64,000 bases of DNA. Source: a virus. Taxonomy: Duplodnaviria > Caudoviricetes. Shown piece by piece: positions 18,523-28,458 of this stretch. Position 1 is the stretch's first letter. Every line of letters begins with the position of its first letter. The DNA lies in IMG/VR virus record IMGVR_UViG_3300031088_000008, positions 224,001-288,000 of that record; one strand, given 5' to 3'. The notes under the pieces were generated by a model that was given only the letters and a program-made list of their open reading frames with translations, was not told the DNA's origin and did not search any database. The position numbers were made by a program, and so were the translations under genes.

Positions 18523-19538
18523 GCACAATCGTTTCCGGAGTTCAGACCACCGGCTCACTGCATCTGGGAAACTACCTAGGTGCAGTGAAAAACTGGGTTG
18601 AACTTGCTCGGCAGGGTCATACCAGTTACCTGATGCTGGCCGACCTCCACGCCATCACGGTCTATCAGAAGCCCTCGGACCTCGCAGCCAGTGTGAAGAA
18701 CATCGCACGACTGCTGATGGCCTGTGGTCTGGCCGATGATGATCTGATGTGGCCCAACGGCTCCACGTATCTGTTCCGTCAGTCATCGGTTTCCCAGCAC
18801 ACCGAACTTCAGTGGCTTCTAATGGGCACAGCACGAATGGGCTGGCTCAACAGGATGACGCAGTTCAAGGACAAGGGTGGAGCAGGCACCAGCGTGAGCG
18901 CCGGGCTGTTCGCATACCCAGTGCTTCAGGCCGCTGATATTCTGCTCTACGGTGCTGATCTGGTGCCCGTTGGTGATGATCAGAGCCAGCACTTGCAACT
19001 GACACGGGACATTGCCGAAAAGTTCAACGCGGACTTTGGTCAGACGTTCAAGCTGCCTCAGGCTCTGGTTCCGCCGATCAACGCGCGGGTGATGAGCCTT
19101 CAGGATCCAATGAAGAAGATGAGCAAGAGCGAGCCCAATGATAGCTCGCGCATCAACCTTCTGGACACCGACGTGATGATCAGCAAAAAGTACCGAGCAG
19201 CGGTCGCCGACAGCGTCACAACTCTGCCCAGCGAACCTGAGGGGCTTGAGGGCCGGGTAGCGGTGGGCAATCTCGTGTCGCTTCTTGCGGGCATTCAAGA
19301 CCGGAAGGTCGAGGAAGTCCTGCGGGATCTGGGCGGAAAGGGCAACGGAGCTCTCAAGTCGGCACTGACTGACGCGACGATCTCGCTTCTGGAACCCATC
19401 AAGGAAGCATTCTCGCAGCTGAGCGATCGTCAGGTCGAGGATCATCTGGAGTTCTCGACCAGTTCCTTTGGTGGACCTAGACTGGTTGCCCTAGACACCA
19501 TGAACAATGTAAAAGCAGCAATGGGATTGTGGGACTGA
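18519..19538 (+). CDS. trpS: Tryptophanyl-tRNA synthetase
   Basis: SGVQTTGSLHLGNYLG (HIGH), ADLHAIT, YPVLQAADIL, VPVGDDQSQH, KMSKS. Confidence 0.96.
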   Translation: MSTIVSGVQTTGSLHLGNYLGAVKNWVELARQGHTSYLMLADLHAITVYQKPSDLAASVKNIARLLMACGLADDDLMWPNGSTYLFRQSSVSQHTELQWLLMGTARMGWLNRMTQFKDKGGAGTSVSAGLFAYPVLQAADILLYGADLVPVGDDQSQHLQLTRDIAEKFNADFGQTFKLPQALVPPINARVMSLQDPMKKMSKSEPNDSSRINLLDTDVMISKKYRAAVADSVTTLPSEPEGLEGRVAVGNLVSLLAGIQDRKVEEVLRDLGGKGNGALKSALTDATISLLEPIKEAFSQLSDRQVEDHLEFSTSSFGGPRLVALDTMNNVKAAMGLWD

Positions 19539-19539
19539 T

Positions 19540-19896
19540 ATGGCAGACGGATACACAGACGAAAACATCGCCTCCAAGGTGGAGATGACCCAGTTCCGCT
19601 GGGGCATGAGCGCACTGATCGTGGGCATCGTGACGGTCCTGGGCTGTCTCACATTCTCCTGTGCCGACAGTCGGATGAAGGATGCGGATCAGAAGCGAGC
19701 CGACACTCAGATCACCGCTGGTCAAAAGGTGGAGTGCGTGAAGGCCGGTGGCTCGTGGATTCCCGTTCAGGGTGTGAAGATGAGCAACGGTGCGCCCTAT
19801 CCTGACTACGATATGGGTTGCGTCAGCCAGAGCGCCCAGGGGGCGATCATCGCGCAGAACTCCAAAGTCATCGAAACATTCAAGCCCAAAGATTAA
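19540..19896 (+). CDS. Membrane-anchored hypothetical protein
   Basis: One TM helix; CVKAGGSW motif. Confidence 0.65.
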   Translation: MADGYTDENIASKVEMTQFRWGMSALIVGIVTVLGCLTFSCADSRMKDADQKRADTQITAGQKVECVKAGGSWIPVQGVKMSNGAPYPDYDMGCVSQSAQGAIIAQNSKVIETFKPKD

Positions 19897-19964
19897 CTCC
19901 TTTGTGGTTGCAACTCTGGACAACCCTGCTAGTGTCTCTTTATAGGAACTAGCAGGAGTTTGGC

Positions 19965-20189
19965 ATGCGGTACGTTGCATACACCACCGAGGGAATGTTC
20001 GAAGAGCGCGACAGCAAAGAGGGCGCTCTCAAGGTCTGCAAGCATGAGTTCGTCAATGAACCGGGCTGCATCATCTATCTTCTCGAAATCAACGCTCGCG
20101 ACCTGGTGGAAAACACCTGGATCCTGACCGACGTTGACACGCTGGTCATGGACAGCACGTTCAACGGTGACGACGTCGATTCGCTGTAA
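19965..20189 (+). CDS. Hypothetical protein
   Basis: Cassette promoter and RBS. Confidence 0.65.
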   Translation: MRYVAYTTEGMFEERDSKEGALKVCKHEFVNEPGCIIYLLEINARDLVENTWILTDVDTLVMDSTFNGDDVDSL

Positions 20190-20251
20190 AAAGTGGTTGC
20201 AGGCTCCTGTTCTGGTGTTAGGAACAGGAGCAACAACTAGGGAGATCGAGC

Positions 20252-20752
20252 ATGGCGTTGAAGCCGGAAACTATCGCGAGGATCCAAGGCATCCTTGATG
20301 GCACAATCAAGGTAGAACCCGCTCCGCCGCCCGATCTTTCCAAGCTGAGTGAAGGAACTCGAGCCCGCATTCAGGAGATACTCGACAGGCCACGTGAGCC
20401 TGCTGCCGCTCCCCTCACATCCATCGAGGAAACTGACGTGACAGACGAACAACCAGACGCAGGTTCGCTCCGCGATGCCGACAGTCTGATGGAAATGCTC
20501 GACGATCGCGGGTATGGCGACTACAGGGCGTTCCGAAATGAGATTGCCCTAGACATTTACGACAAGGGTCACTACTCGGGTCACGACACGGCGCACTTCA
20601 ACCCCGAAGAGTATGACGAAACGTCCACGCTACAGGGCTTCTACGTGATCCAGGAAGATCACTACGACCAGCACATGGACGACGATCCCGACAAGCCCTC
20701 CTGGGAAAGCATGGTAGCTGAAGTGCCCAACGGTTATCTCTGGATGAATTAA
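20252..20752 (+). CDS. Acidic hypothetical protein
   Basis: Cassette promoter; internal repeat T.ARIQ.ILD. Confidence 0.7.
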   Translation: MALKPETIARIQGILDGTIKVEPAPPPDLSKLSEGTRARIQEILDRPREPAAAPLTSIEETDVTDEQPDAGSLRDADSLMEMLDDRGYGDYRAFRNEIALDIYDKGHYSGHDTAHFNPEEYDETSTLQGFYVIQEDHYDQHMDDDPDKPSWESMVAEVPNGYLWMN

Positions 20753-20814
20753 CTGGTTGACGCGCACCTGTGTGGTGCTATTCCTGGTTTATCGGAACAA
20801 AAAGGAGATCGAGC

Positions 20815-21390
20815 GTGGGCTACAAGATGAAAGCACCCAAGTCCTTCAAGGCACTTCGCGAGCAGTCGGACACTCGGAAGGAAGCGCGTCGCCAGATGGG
20901 CGCGCTCTCGCGTCGGATGGATGGCCTTCGACAGAGCTTTGAGAGCGTTGAGGATCTTCGCGCAGCCAAGGCGGTCGCAGAGTCCACCCCAGCGCATTCC
21001 TATTACGATCTCCCCTCGCGGAGCGATCAGGCCGGCGACGCGATCGTCGAGGCGATGAATCGCGCAAGGGCTCGCGACAATGAGCGCCACAAGGTCAACG
21101 GCTACACGCTGCCCAAGTATATGAGCCAGGCATACGTGGACAACCTGGAGACCAACAAGGCCGAACTCGAGGGCAAGGGCGAAAAAGGCCAGCGTTGCAA
21201 TCGGACGGCCTGCCAGGCTCCTGGTGCGTACTGGTTCAACCACAGCACTCGGAAGTATTACTGCGGCACGTGCGCTGACATCATCAACGATGACAGCACC
21301 AAGTTCCGCGACACGTATCTGGAGTCCCTGGGGCATCCACTCCTCACGATCGACCCCGACTTCGCCGACAAAATAAACGAGCGGATGTGA
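20815..21390 (+). CDS. Hypothetical protein with Cys motif
   Basis: CNRTAC...YYCGTC; cassette promoter. Confidence 0.7.
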   Translation: MGYKMKAPKSFKALREQSDTRKEARRQMGALSRRMDGLRQSFESVEDLRAAKAVAESTPAHSYYDLPSRSDQAGDAIVEAMNRARARDNERHKVNGYTLPKYMSQAYVDNLETNKAELEGKGEKGQRCNRTACQAPGAYWFNHSTRKYYCGTCADIINDDSTKFRDTYLESLGHPLLTIDPDFADKINERM

Positions 21391-21671
21391 AAACTCTGGT
21401 TGCAAACACTCTGGATACTGCTATCCAGATGTGGTGCGCAGGCGTTGCGCTGGGTGGTCCGCTGATCACCCTCGCAGCGGCCCTTCTTTGTTTTGCACCG
21501 GGAGATTATCTGATGGGCATCGTTGTCGTGATCGCACTTGCGAGTTTCTTCTTTGGGCTTTACATTGCTCCAAAGATGGTCATGAAGCGGCTGCTCTCCA
21601 GGCTCCGTACGCGCACGTTCTACCACAAGCTGGATGACGGACGCTTTCTGATCGAGGAAGTCAGAGGGTAA
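21387..21671 (+). CDS. Membrane protein
   Basis: Two hydrophobic helices; start may be ATG 21429. Confidence 0.55.
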   Translation: MKTLVANTLDTAIQMWCAGVALGGPLITLAAALLCFAPGDYLMGIVVVIALASFFFGLYIAPKMVMKRLLSRLRTRTFYHKLDDGRFLIEEVRG

Positions 21672-21673
21672 TA

Positions 21674-22039
21674 GTGAGCGTAAGGTTTGGTCATCGGTGC
21701 AAGAACTTCTTCACTACCCTGAGTTTCGGGGCGGTGAGGGAGGACGTCATGCTGATTGTTCGCCTGCTGGAAATAAACAAGGATTGGCAAAAGACCCAAT
21801 ACGTCTGGTATCATCCCAGCGGCGTGTCGCTCTGGGTCGCAAATCTGAACATTGGTATCTCGGTCAAGTGGAATACCAATAGTCTGCAGGACTACCATGC
21901 CATCTATCAGGCAGGAAAGTGGCGCCTCAATCGGCCAGAGGTCCGGCTTGTCAAGCGGGCAATGACAGAGCATCATGTCAGCGAGGATGAGCAAAAGGTT
22001 CGCGACGTGGCGGCCAAGATCCTAAAAATGTACGGCTAG
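21674..22039 (+). CDS. Hypothetical protein
   Basis: Operonic ORF. Confidence 0.6.
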   Translation: MSVRFGHRCKNFFTTLSFGAVREDVMLIVRLLEINKDWQKTQYVWYHPSGVSLWVANLNIGISVKWNTNSLQDYHAIYQAGKWRLNRPEVRLVKRAMTEHHVSEDEQKVRDVAAKILKMYG

Positions 22040-22107
22040 ACATCCTGAGTGGTTGACTGCCAGGATTGGGCTGCTAAATCCTGGTGTAACGGTAACGGAG
22101 ACACTAG

Positions 22108-22620
22108 ATGAAACTTTTCCTCGCAGCAATGGCACTCTCGATGGCACCCCTGGTCGCAAGCGCGCAGGACATCACTGGCGTCAAAGAGGTCTCCGATGTT
22201 TCCATTCTTCGAGCCGGCCAGTTTTACTGGAGCGACGATGCAATGGTCGATGGCGCCGTTTACGTTCGGGTAAATCTCGCCACGCAGATGGCGCAAGTCT
22301 ATCGCGGCGATATGCTGATCGGACTGTCCACGATCTCGTCGGGAAAGCCGGGCAAGGAAACGCCCACTGGGGTGTTCAACATCCTGCAAAAGGCGGCCAC
22401 GCATCGGAGCAACAAATACGCCAACGCTCCCATGCCATTCATGCAGCGGCTGACCTGGGACGGCATCGCCCTTCACGCAGGACACCTTCCCGGCTATCCT
22501 GCAAGCCACGGCTGCATCCGCTTGCCCAAGGCGTTTGCGGCACTTCTCTTCGCTGCCACGCAAAAGGGTGATCGCGTGGAGGTGGTCGACGATGAGCCCT
22601 ACATCGAAGGCATCTACTAA
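22108..22620 (+). CDS. L,D-transpeptidase (YkuD family) with signal peptide
   Basis: TPTG.F...GIALHAG.LPGYPASHGCIRL catalytic motif; signal peptide ending ASA. Confidence 0.92.
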   Translation: MKLFLAAMALSMAPLVASAQDITGVKEVSDVSILRAGQFYWSDDAMVDGAVYVRVNLATQMAQVYRGDMLIGLSTISSGKPGKETPTGVFNILQKAATHRSNKYANAPMPFMQRLTWDGIALHAGHLPGYPASHGCIRLPKAFAALLFAATQKGDRVEVVDDEPYIEGIY

Positions 22621-22677
22621 ACTGGTTGACACTGGGGGCGTTGGTGCTAACTCTGGTGTAACAGCAGGAGACACTAA

Positions 22678-22953
22678 GTGATCATCAACGCAAACCTTCA
22701 TAGCAAGGTAGACGCAATCGTTTCTCGCGTTCGTCAGCTTGGTCAGCACTCGCGACCAGTGCTCAGCAGCACTGATACGTGGGAATACTGCGGGATCAGG
22801 GTTATGGTAAGCGATGGTGGCTACAGTCAAAAGCTGGTCACCGACAAGGTGAATGTTTGGGTCGAGCATGGCTCCGGCAACAGCGGCTGGTCACTTGGTG
22901 GTCCACAGCAGATCGATCGTCTCCTCTATGAACTGGGGATCGCAGCACAATGA
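22678..22953 (+). CDS. Hypothetical protein
   Basis: Cassette promoter and RBS. Confidence 0.65.
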   Translation: MIINANLHSKVDAIVSRVRQLGQHSRPVLSSTDTWEYCGIRVMVSDGGYSQKLVTDKVNVWVEHGSGNSGWSLGGPQQIDRLLYELGIAAQ

Positions 22954-23286
22954 GCGCGGACATAATCTATCGCAACTATGCGATCCGCTACATAAAGCGA
23001 TCGGATACCTGGGCGGTTCTGGAGCCACACAGCGATATCCTGATCAAGTGTGGCGGGTTCGCCCACTCCGAGGACGCGGCCAAGTTCATCGACGCGGATA
23101 TCGAGCGTATCCGCCTTGCCAATGAGGACGAAGGAGAATACGATTGATTCGCTCAGTTCGTTACCTGATCGGCCTCACCGCTATTCTAGCAGCCGAGACC
23201 TCGGCGGGCACGCCAACCATTCACACAGGGTCGGAAATCTGCATTGTGATCGGTGATCAATTCTCCTGCACGAAGGAACGTTTTTG

Positions 23287-23586
23287 ATGGCACATGCCAG
23301 CAACATTGTGCTCTGCACTGGTCCCGAGGACCCATACGCGCTGTTCAACATATCACTGGTACCACGCAATGGTGCCCTGGATGCTAGGTGCCCAGTGTGT
23401 CATGGCCACGGTCAATGGAACGCGGAAATCGACCTCGTGAGCATGAGAAGCAAGCGGGCAATCTGCGACAACTGCTATGGTGCAGGCTGGGTCGAGACGG
23501 GCAACGATGCCAGGGCAGTCCCCGACATTGTAATGACTCCCGAGGGCTACCCCAAGTGGATTATCCGCTACATTCCCTGCAGGTAG
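23287..23586 (+). CDS. DnaJ-type CxxCxGxG zinc-finger protein
   Basis: CPVCHGHG and CDNCYGAG. Confidence 0.65.
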   Translation: MAHASNIVLCTGPEDPYALFNISLVPRNGALDARCPVCHGHGQWNAEIDLVSMRSKRAICDNCYGAGWVETGNDARAVPDIVMTPEGYPKWIIRYIPCR

Positions 23587-23650
23587 ATATTGACGCACAG
23601 GAACTAGGCGCTATGGTGTCCAGTACCAATAGTTGGTCTAGGAGTTTTAT

Positions 23651-23812
23651 ATGAAGAAGATTGTTCTCGTCGCTGGTCTGGTTTCGGCTCTCGCACTCGC
23701 AGCTTGCGATGGTCGCGATGACGCGGTCACCAACAACTCGACCTCGACGACCCAGGTTCTGGACAACGGCACGGTCGCCACGACCAACACCACGACGACC
23801 GCCAAGCACTAA
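23651..23812 (+). CDS. Small Thr-rich lipoprotein (53 aa, not in ORF track)
   Basis: MKKIVLVAGLVSALALAAC lipobox; AGGAG RBS; own promoter; terminator 23820-23849. Confidence 0.75.
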   Translation: MKKIVLVAGLVSALALAACDGRDDAVTNNSTSTTQVLDNGTVATTNTTTTAKH

Positions 23813-23902
23813 GAGAAACTGGCGCGAGGGTAAAACTTCGCGCCATTTCTTTGGTTGATTTCCATGTCCAGAGTGCTAACTGGGGTGGGAAGGAGATCGA
23901 CC

Positions 23903-24232
23903 GTGGATAAGAACGTCATCAATATCAAGGGCGTCTCGTGGGCCAAACTGCCCGCCAAGGACAAACTGTTCATCATCAATCACGAGGTTCTCCATCGCGT
24001 CTGGTACAACACCAAGGCCGCAGAGATGGGCGAAGAACTCCAGCCGCTTCCAACCAACCATGTTCTCCTGATGGAGCCCGGCGAGCGGCAGATCGAACTT
24101 TCTCGCGCACTGGACAACTACCTGGCCCGCATGGCCGATCAGGAAGCGGTCTTTGAACTGATGGAGCGCGCCGACTGGTCCATGGAAGCAATGGTCGACA
24201 CCCTGGCCCGATATCAGTTGATGCGAGGCTAA
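23903..24232 (+). CDS. Small HExxH-containing protein
   Basis: LFIINHEVLH; cassette promoter. Confidence 0.65.
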   Translation: MDKNVINIKGVSWAKLPAKDKLFIINHEVLHRVWYNTKAAEMGEELQPLPTNHVLLMEPGERQIELSRALDNYLARMADQEAVFELMERADWSMEAMVDTLARYQLMRG

Positions 24233-24295
24233 AAAGCGGTTGATCTCCTCACCAGTTCTGCTAGGACTGGTACATCGGAAACGAGGAGATTGAAC

Positions 24296-24463
24296 GTGAA
24301 GAAGATGCTGCAGACTCGGTCGCGCAATTCCAGCAACGAAGCTGATTGGCGGAACGAAAAAGTCTTCAAGTTCAACAAGTTCAACGAGCTCAGCGACGGG
24401 GGCGAAAAGTTCCTGAGGTCGATTGATCGTGATCGCCACGAGATTCGGTGGGTGGCCGCATAA
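24296..24463 (+). CDS. Small protein ending in VAA (55 aa, not in ORF track)
   Basis: Cassette promoter + GAGGAG. Confidence 0.6.
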   Translation: MKKMLQTRSRNSSNEADWRNEKVFKFNKFNELSDGGEKFLRSIDRDRHEIRWVAA

Positions 24464-24524
24464 AGCGGTTGCCCTACCAAACTCTGGTGTTAGATCCAGA
24501 ACATCGGCAACGAGGAGATCTAGA

Positions 24525-24986
24525 ATGGCACACGGCGGAACGTTCAGCAACATGGCAGCTTTTCGTAAGTTCGCTCTGGCGGGCAACGCCGTGTTCACTG
24601 TGGTCAGCAAGCGGACGGGAACTCGCTTCACCTATCGGGTGCGAAAGCCCCGCGCAGAGGGCGCCAAGAACCCATATTTCGTCCAGCTTCTCAACGGCCC
24701 CGACAACACCAACAGCTACGCCTATTTTGGCATCATGTTCGGCAAGGGCGCTGATACGGACTTTGCCAGCTATCGTTACGGCGGGGCCAAGGCCAAAGTT
24801 TCCCAGACGGCTCCCAGTGTTCAGGGGCTCGAATGGCTGTTCAGCAACATCATGAACGAGAAGGTGCTGGAGCGCGTTGAGATCTGGCACCAGGGAAAGT
24901 GCGGAAAGTGCCGCAAGGCATTGACTGTGCCGGAAAGCATTGCTAGCGGGTTGGGACCAGTTTGTGCAAAGGGTGGTCGAGACTAA
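24525..24986 (+). CDS. DUF6011-like Zn-binding protein
   Basis: C-terminal CGKCRKALTVPESIASGLGPVC. Confidence 0.75.
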   Translation: MAHGGTFSNMAAFRKFALAGNAVFTVVSKRTGTRFTYRVRKPRAEGAKNPYFVQLLNGPDNTNSYAYFGIMFGKGADTDFASYRYGGAKAKVSQTAPSVQGLEWLFSNIMNEKVLERVEIWHQGKCGKCRKALTVPESIASGLGPVCAKGGRD

Positions 24987-25385
24987 TGGCAACGAGTACT
25001 GCGGCATTCATCGTCGGCCAGCTGGAGCCTGAGGGCGGCTGGTGGACTTCCGCCACGCAAGAGATCCTGCTGGAAATCTCCGATGACATGCTGGCTGGTG
25101 GCGCTGACCCCGAGGATATCAGGGACGTGCTGAGCCGCCTGATCTCGGCCATCCGTGCTGAGTATGGTGAGTGAATCGCTGGATTATTGAATACTACGAC
25201 AACCTGTGGTATCGTCGCGGCTCCAAGGTAAAGCGGGGATCCTGGACTGCCAAGGACTCGGTGGACCGTATGGAGGCCGCTGACACGTTTGAAACGCTCG
25301 CGGAAGCGCAAAAGGCCAAGGTTGCACGCCTGGTGCGCCGTTACGTTGAAGTAGTCGTGACCATGCAGGAAACCGGCAACGCCGT

Positions 25386-25751
25386 TTAGTCCATGACTCC
25401 GGACAGCTTGGCTGCCACGATGTTGCCACCCTTCAGAAATACTTCCTGAAGCTTTTTCAGCTCTTCGATCCGAGTGGCAGCAGTGTCGGCCTTTTCCCTG
25501 ATCTTGGATCCATCGTCACAGATATAGGGGATAACCTTTAGCCAGCCCTCCATTTCCGCTGTGAATACATGGTTGTGGTCGACATCAGCCAAGTTGGTCT
25601 TGGTCCACTGATCCATTCGAGTAACGGTCTTTTTCAGGACTTCCATTACCACGAGGCTATTTTCCAGCCGTCGGAGTTCATCCGAGATTGTGATAAAGGC
25701 TCGTTCATTGGGAGTCATCTCTGCCATCCTTCTCTTATAGCAGGTTTCCAC
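25386..25751 (-). CDS. Hypothetical protein (inverted orientation)
   Basis: 121-aa minus-strand ORF filling a gap in the + strand array. Confidence 0.6.
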   Translation of the reverse strand: METCYKRRMAEMTPNERAFITISDELRRLENSLVVMEVLKKTVTRMDQWTKTNLADVDHNHVFTAEMEGWLKVIPYICDDGSKIREKADTAATRIEELKKLQEVFLKGGNIVAAKLSGVMD

Positions 25752-25977
25752 TACGTTTCAATAACTGGTTGCCCTGGCGCCCAGTCCTGCTATTGTGGAG
25801 ATCAGAGGAGATCACGATGGCACTTGGACCCCGGCACCCTGCAGACACGATGACCTACGAGGACTGGGTTGAGCGCTGCGCCGACTATCGGACCCGAGAG
25901 CTGTGGGAAATGCTCAAGTATGCCGAGGGCAAGCGTGATGCAGCCCTCAAGGCCAAACGATTCAGAAAGGTTGCCTA

Positions 25978-26304
25978 ATGGACACCAACAATCCCATTGA
26001 TATCGTGCGGCATTTTGCCCGCGAGATCAACAACGGCCGGACTCTCTTCGACATTCATGCCCACGGCGAGCGTGAGATGGTTGAGCTCAAGGATGAGCTG
26101 ATCGCAGACGTGGACCAGAGTGATCATGGTTCCGATGGTGTGGTCGGCGAAGCCATCGACGTAATCGCTTGTATGCTGGACGCTATCTTTGTATATCGTC
26201 CGGAGACAACCGACGAGGAAATCACAACTATCCTGCTTGCCAAGTGCCAGAAGTGGTCACGACGTTACCGGGATAGTGTGGAAGGAGACCGATCCATTGA
26301 CTGA
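25978..26304 (+). CDS. MazG-like nucleotide pyrophosphohydrolase
   Basis: EMVEL...GEAIDV (ExxE...ExxD) in an about 108-aa helical protein. Confidence 0.6.
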   Translation: MDTNNPIDIVRHFAREINNGRTLFDIHAHGEREMVELKDELIADVDQSDHGSDGVVGEAIDVIACMLDAIFVYRPETTDEEITTILLAKCQKWSRRYRDSVEGDRSID

Positions 26305-26553
26305 GAAGCTTCCACCCTTTTGGGCAGTCCGTCAGGCACTTGGGCTCAGCAGCAACGATGTTCGCATCATCAGCCACGATACCGGCGTTGATACGGATGC
26401 CATCGACCATGAGCCCATCGAGGCCTTGGGTGTTCTGGCCGACACCATGAACAACTATCATGGTCAGATGCGGTTGACAATCCTCAATCCAGACAACAGT
26501 GTGTTCAAGCAGTGGAATGTTACCACTGATGGATACTTGCAGGAGATCGAATA

Positions 26554-26871
26554 ATGGCCGTTGACATGGCTACCCTGAAGGCAGTCACGTTCGGCGATCC
26601 CGAATCGAGCCTGACCGTCAAGCGAAAGTGGCTGGGAGAAGTCTACAAACTTCTGGTCGAAGGCGCGCAAGCCAAAGCTGATCTGGCCCATCTGAAGGCC
26701 AAGGTCGCTGAGCACAACAAGATGCTGGAAGCCCACAACGCTGGTCTTCGTCGTCCCAGTGATCGCGACATGGACGAGGGCTTCGCGCAGATGGACGAGG
26801 GAATGGGCAAGATCTTCGGCGAGGGCGGTGCCTTTGACACGATCTTTGGCAAGGGTCGGAAGCGACGCTGA
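26554..26871 (+). CDS. Hypothetical protein
   Basis: AGGAG RBS, coupled ORF. Confidence 0.65.
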   Translation: MAVDMATLKAVTFGDPESSLTVKRKWLGEVYKLLVEGAQAKADLAHLKAKVAEHNKMLEAHNAGLRRPSDRDMDEGFAQMDEGMGKIFGEGGAFDTIFGKGRKRR

Positions 26872-27421
26872 TGTCAAGGCAATCCGACATCATAGATCGG
26901 ATGACAGAGAAGATGCGAGAGGAGGCCGAGACTGGTCTTCCTGATCGCATCTTCCGTCACATCAATTTCAGAGCCCTTGCCCTCTCGGCATACCTGGCAA
27001 TACGAACAGACTTAAAGGAGATCGATGATGGCGATCAATCTGTGGCACCATGAAGAAGAGCCGGGCTACGACAAGAACAAAAGCACAACCGCTTTTACCA
27101 AGTGGCGCGTTCTCGTAATGGAACGTCTGGGTCAGCTCAACCAGCAGGGTAACGATGCGGCGGTTCAGACCATGCACGCCTATGGTCTGGAAGCTCTGGG
27201 CACCTCGTATGAGGATGGCACCACGGCCGAGGAACTGGCTCAGAAGCTGAACAGCAAGTGATCGGCTGGATCAAAGGCCTATTCAGGAGGTCGCGGAGCA
27301 TTCCACTTCGTGTGGGCGATGTTGCTCCCGACAGCTTGCTGAATCGCGAACCAGGTACAAATATCGGGGCCTTTGTTTCCATCGACCCCGACACCAAAAT
27401 CATCACCGCGATCTTTATACC

Positions 27422-27805
27422 TTAGTAGGTCAGTTCCTCCTGCCCCTCAAGCTGCCCATACTGCATTACCAGCAACGTTAGCTCGATGACCAGCATCGCG
27501 CGCTCCTCGATCTCGACCGGGCCCCAAACGTCCCCAAAGTCCTTCCGATCCAAATACCAGCCGTTGTCGCCAGTTTTCTTAATTGCCATCGTGCCATCTT
27601 TTAGCACGTTTACCAGCTGCTCGCCGTATGCAAGACCAACAGCGTACCAGCTGCCCGGCTTCGCACCATAGCTGTTCGTGATCATGCGCTTTCGCTGTAT
27701 CATGTAGCGCGTCGTCGAACCCTGCCCCAAAGTGATCCGCAGACCAAAAGCCTTCAAAGTCTTGTTAATTGCCTTCTTTGCTTTTGCGTCGATCTCTAAG
27801 TGCAT
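27422..27805 (-). CDS. Hypothetical protein, left gene of a divergent pair
   Basis: Minus-strand cassette promoter at 27872 and GGAG RBS; start 27805. Confidence 0.75.
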   Translation of the reverse strand: MHLEIDAKAKKAINKTLKAFGLRITLGQGSTTRYMIQRKRMITNSYGAKPGSWYAVGLAYGEQLVNVLKDGTMAIKKTGDNGWYLDRKDFGDVWGPVEIEERAMLVIELTLLVMQYGQLEGQEELTY

Positions 27806-27827
27806 TTTGTTACTCCGCTTTGTGCGT

Positions 27828-27984
27828 TTCCGATAAACAGACATTAGCATAAACCAGAGTTACTGCAACCAGTTTTACGCAAAAAGGGCAATTTTGCGCG
27901 CATTTTTTAGTTCAATTATTTTTGAAACTGAGTACTTTTTTGCTTGCGCGTTTCCAGTTTTATGCTAATGTCTGTTTATCGGAA
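27828..27984. repeat. 26-bp perfect inverted repeat forming back-to-back promoters around an AT-rich spacer
   Basis: ttccgataaacagacattagcataaa (27828-27853) / tttatgctaatgtctgtttatcggaa (27959-27984). Confidence 0.85.
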
Positions 27985-28007
27985 GCAAACAAACAAAGGA
28001 CTACAAA

Positions 28008-28355
28008 ATGAGCAAGATCGAAAACACGCTTGTTGTGCGCGCTGCAATCCAGACTGCAAACACTTTCAATGACGACACGCTGTACAACTGGGCATCAGAC
28101 TTGACGCTGCACAACAACAATGAGCACGCAAGCGTTGACGTAACAAACGATGAGCTTGACGACACGTTTGAAGCAGACATGAAAGCACTGGGACATGATA
28201 CTGACGCAGTGTACAACATGACTGACAATGAGTTGCAGTTGACTGGGCGCGCTTTTGTTTATGAAGCGATGGAACTTAAGGGCAACAACAGCAAAGTTAT
28301 TGCAGCTTACAAAAAAGCAATTAAGCAGCGCACAAAGTGGCTTAAGACGCGTTAA
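28008..28355 (+). CDS. Acidic D/N/T-rich protein with a basic tail, right gene of the divergent pair
   Basis: AAGGA RBS; no Pro; own terminator. Confidence 0.8.
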   Translation: MSKIENTLVVRAAIQTANTFNDDTLYNWASDLTLHNNNEHASVDVTNDELDDTFEADMKALGHDTDAVYNMTDNELQLTGRAFVYEAMELKGNNSKVIAAYKKAIKQRTKWLKTR

Positions 28356-28362
28356 GCAAAAG

Positions 28363-28393
28363 AGAGCGCGCTGGGAAACTAGCGCGCTTTTTT
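28363..28393 (+). terminator. Intrinsic terminator
   Basis: agagcgcgctgg-gaaa-ctagcgcgct-tttttt. Confidence 0.8.
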
Positions 28394-28458
28394 GTGACTA
28401 AACTGGTTGACGCGTTCCAGTCTGGCACTATGTTGAATGGAACAACAGGAGATCGAAA

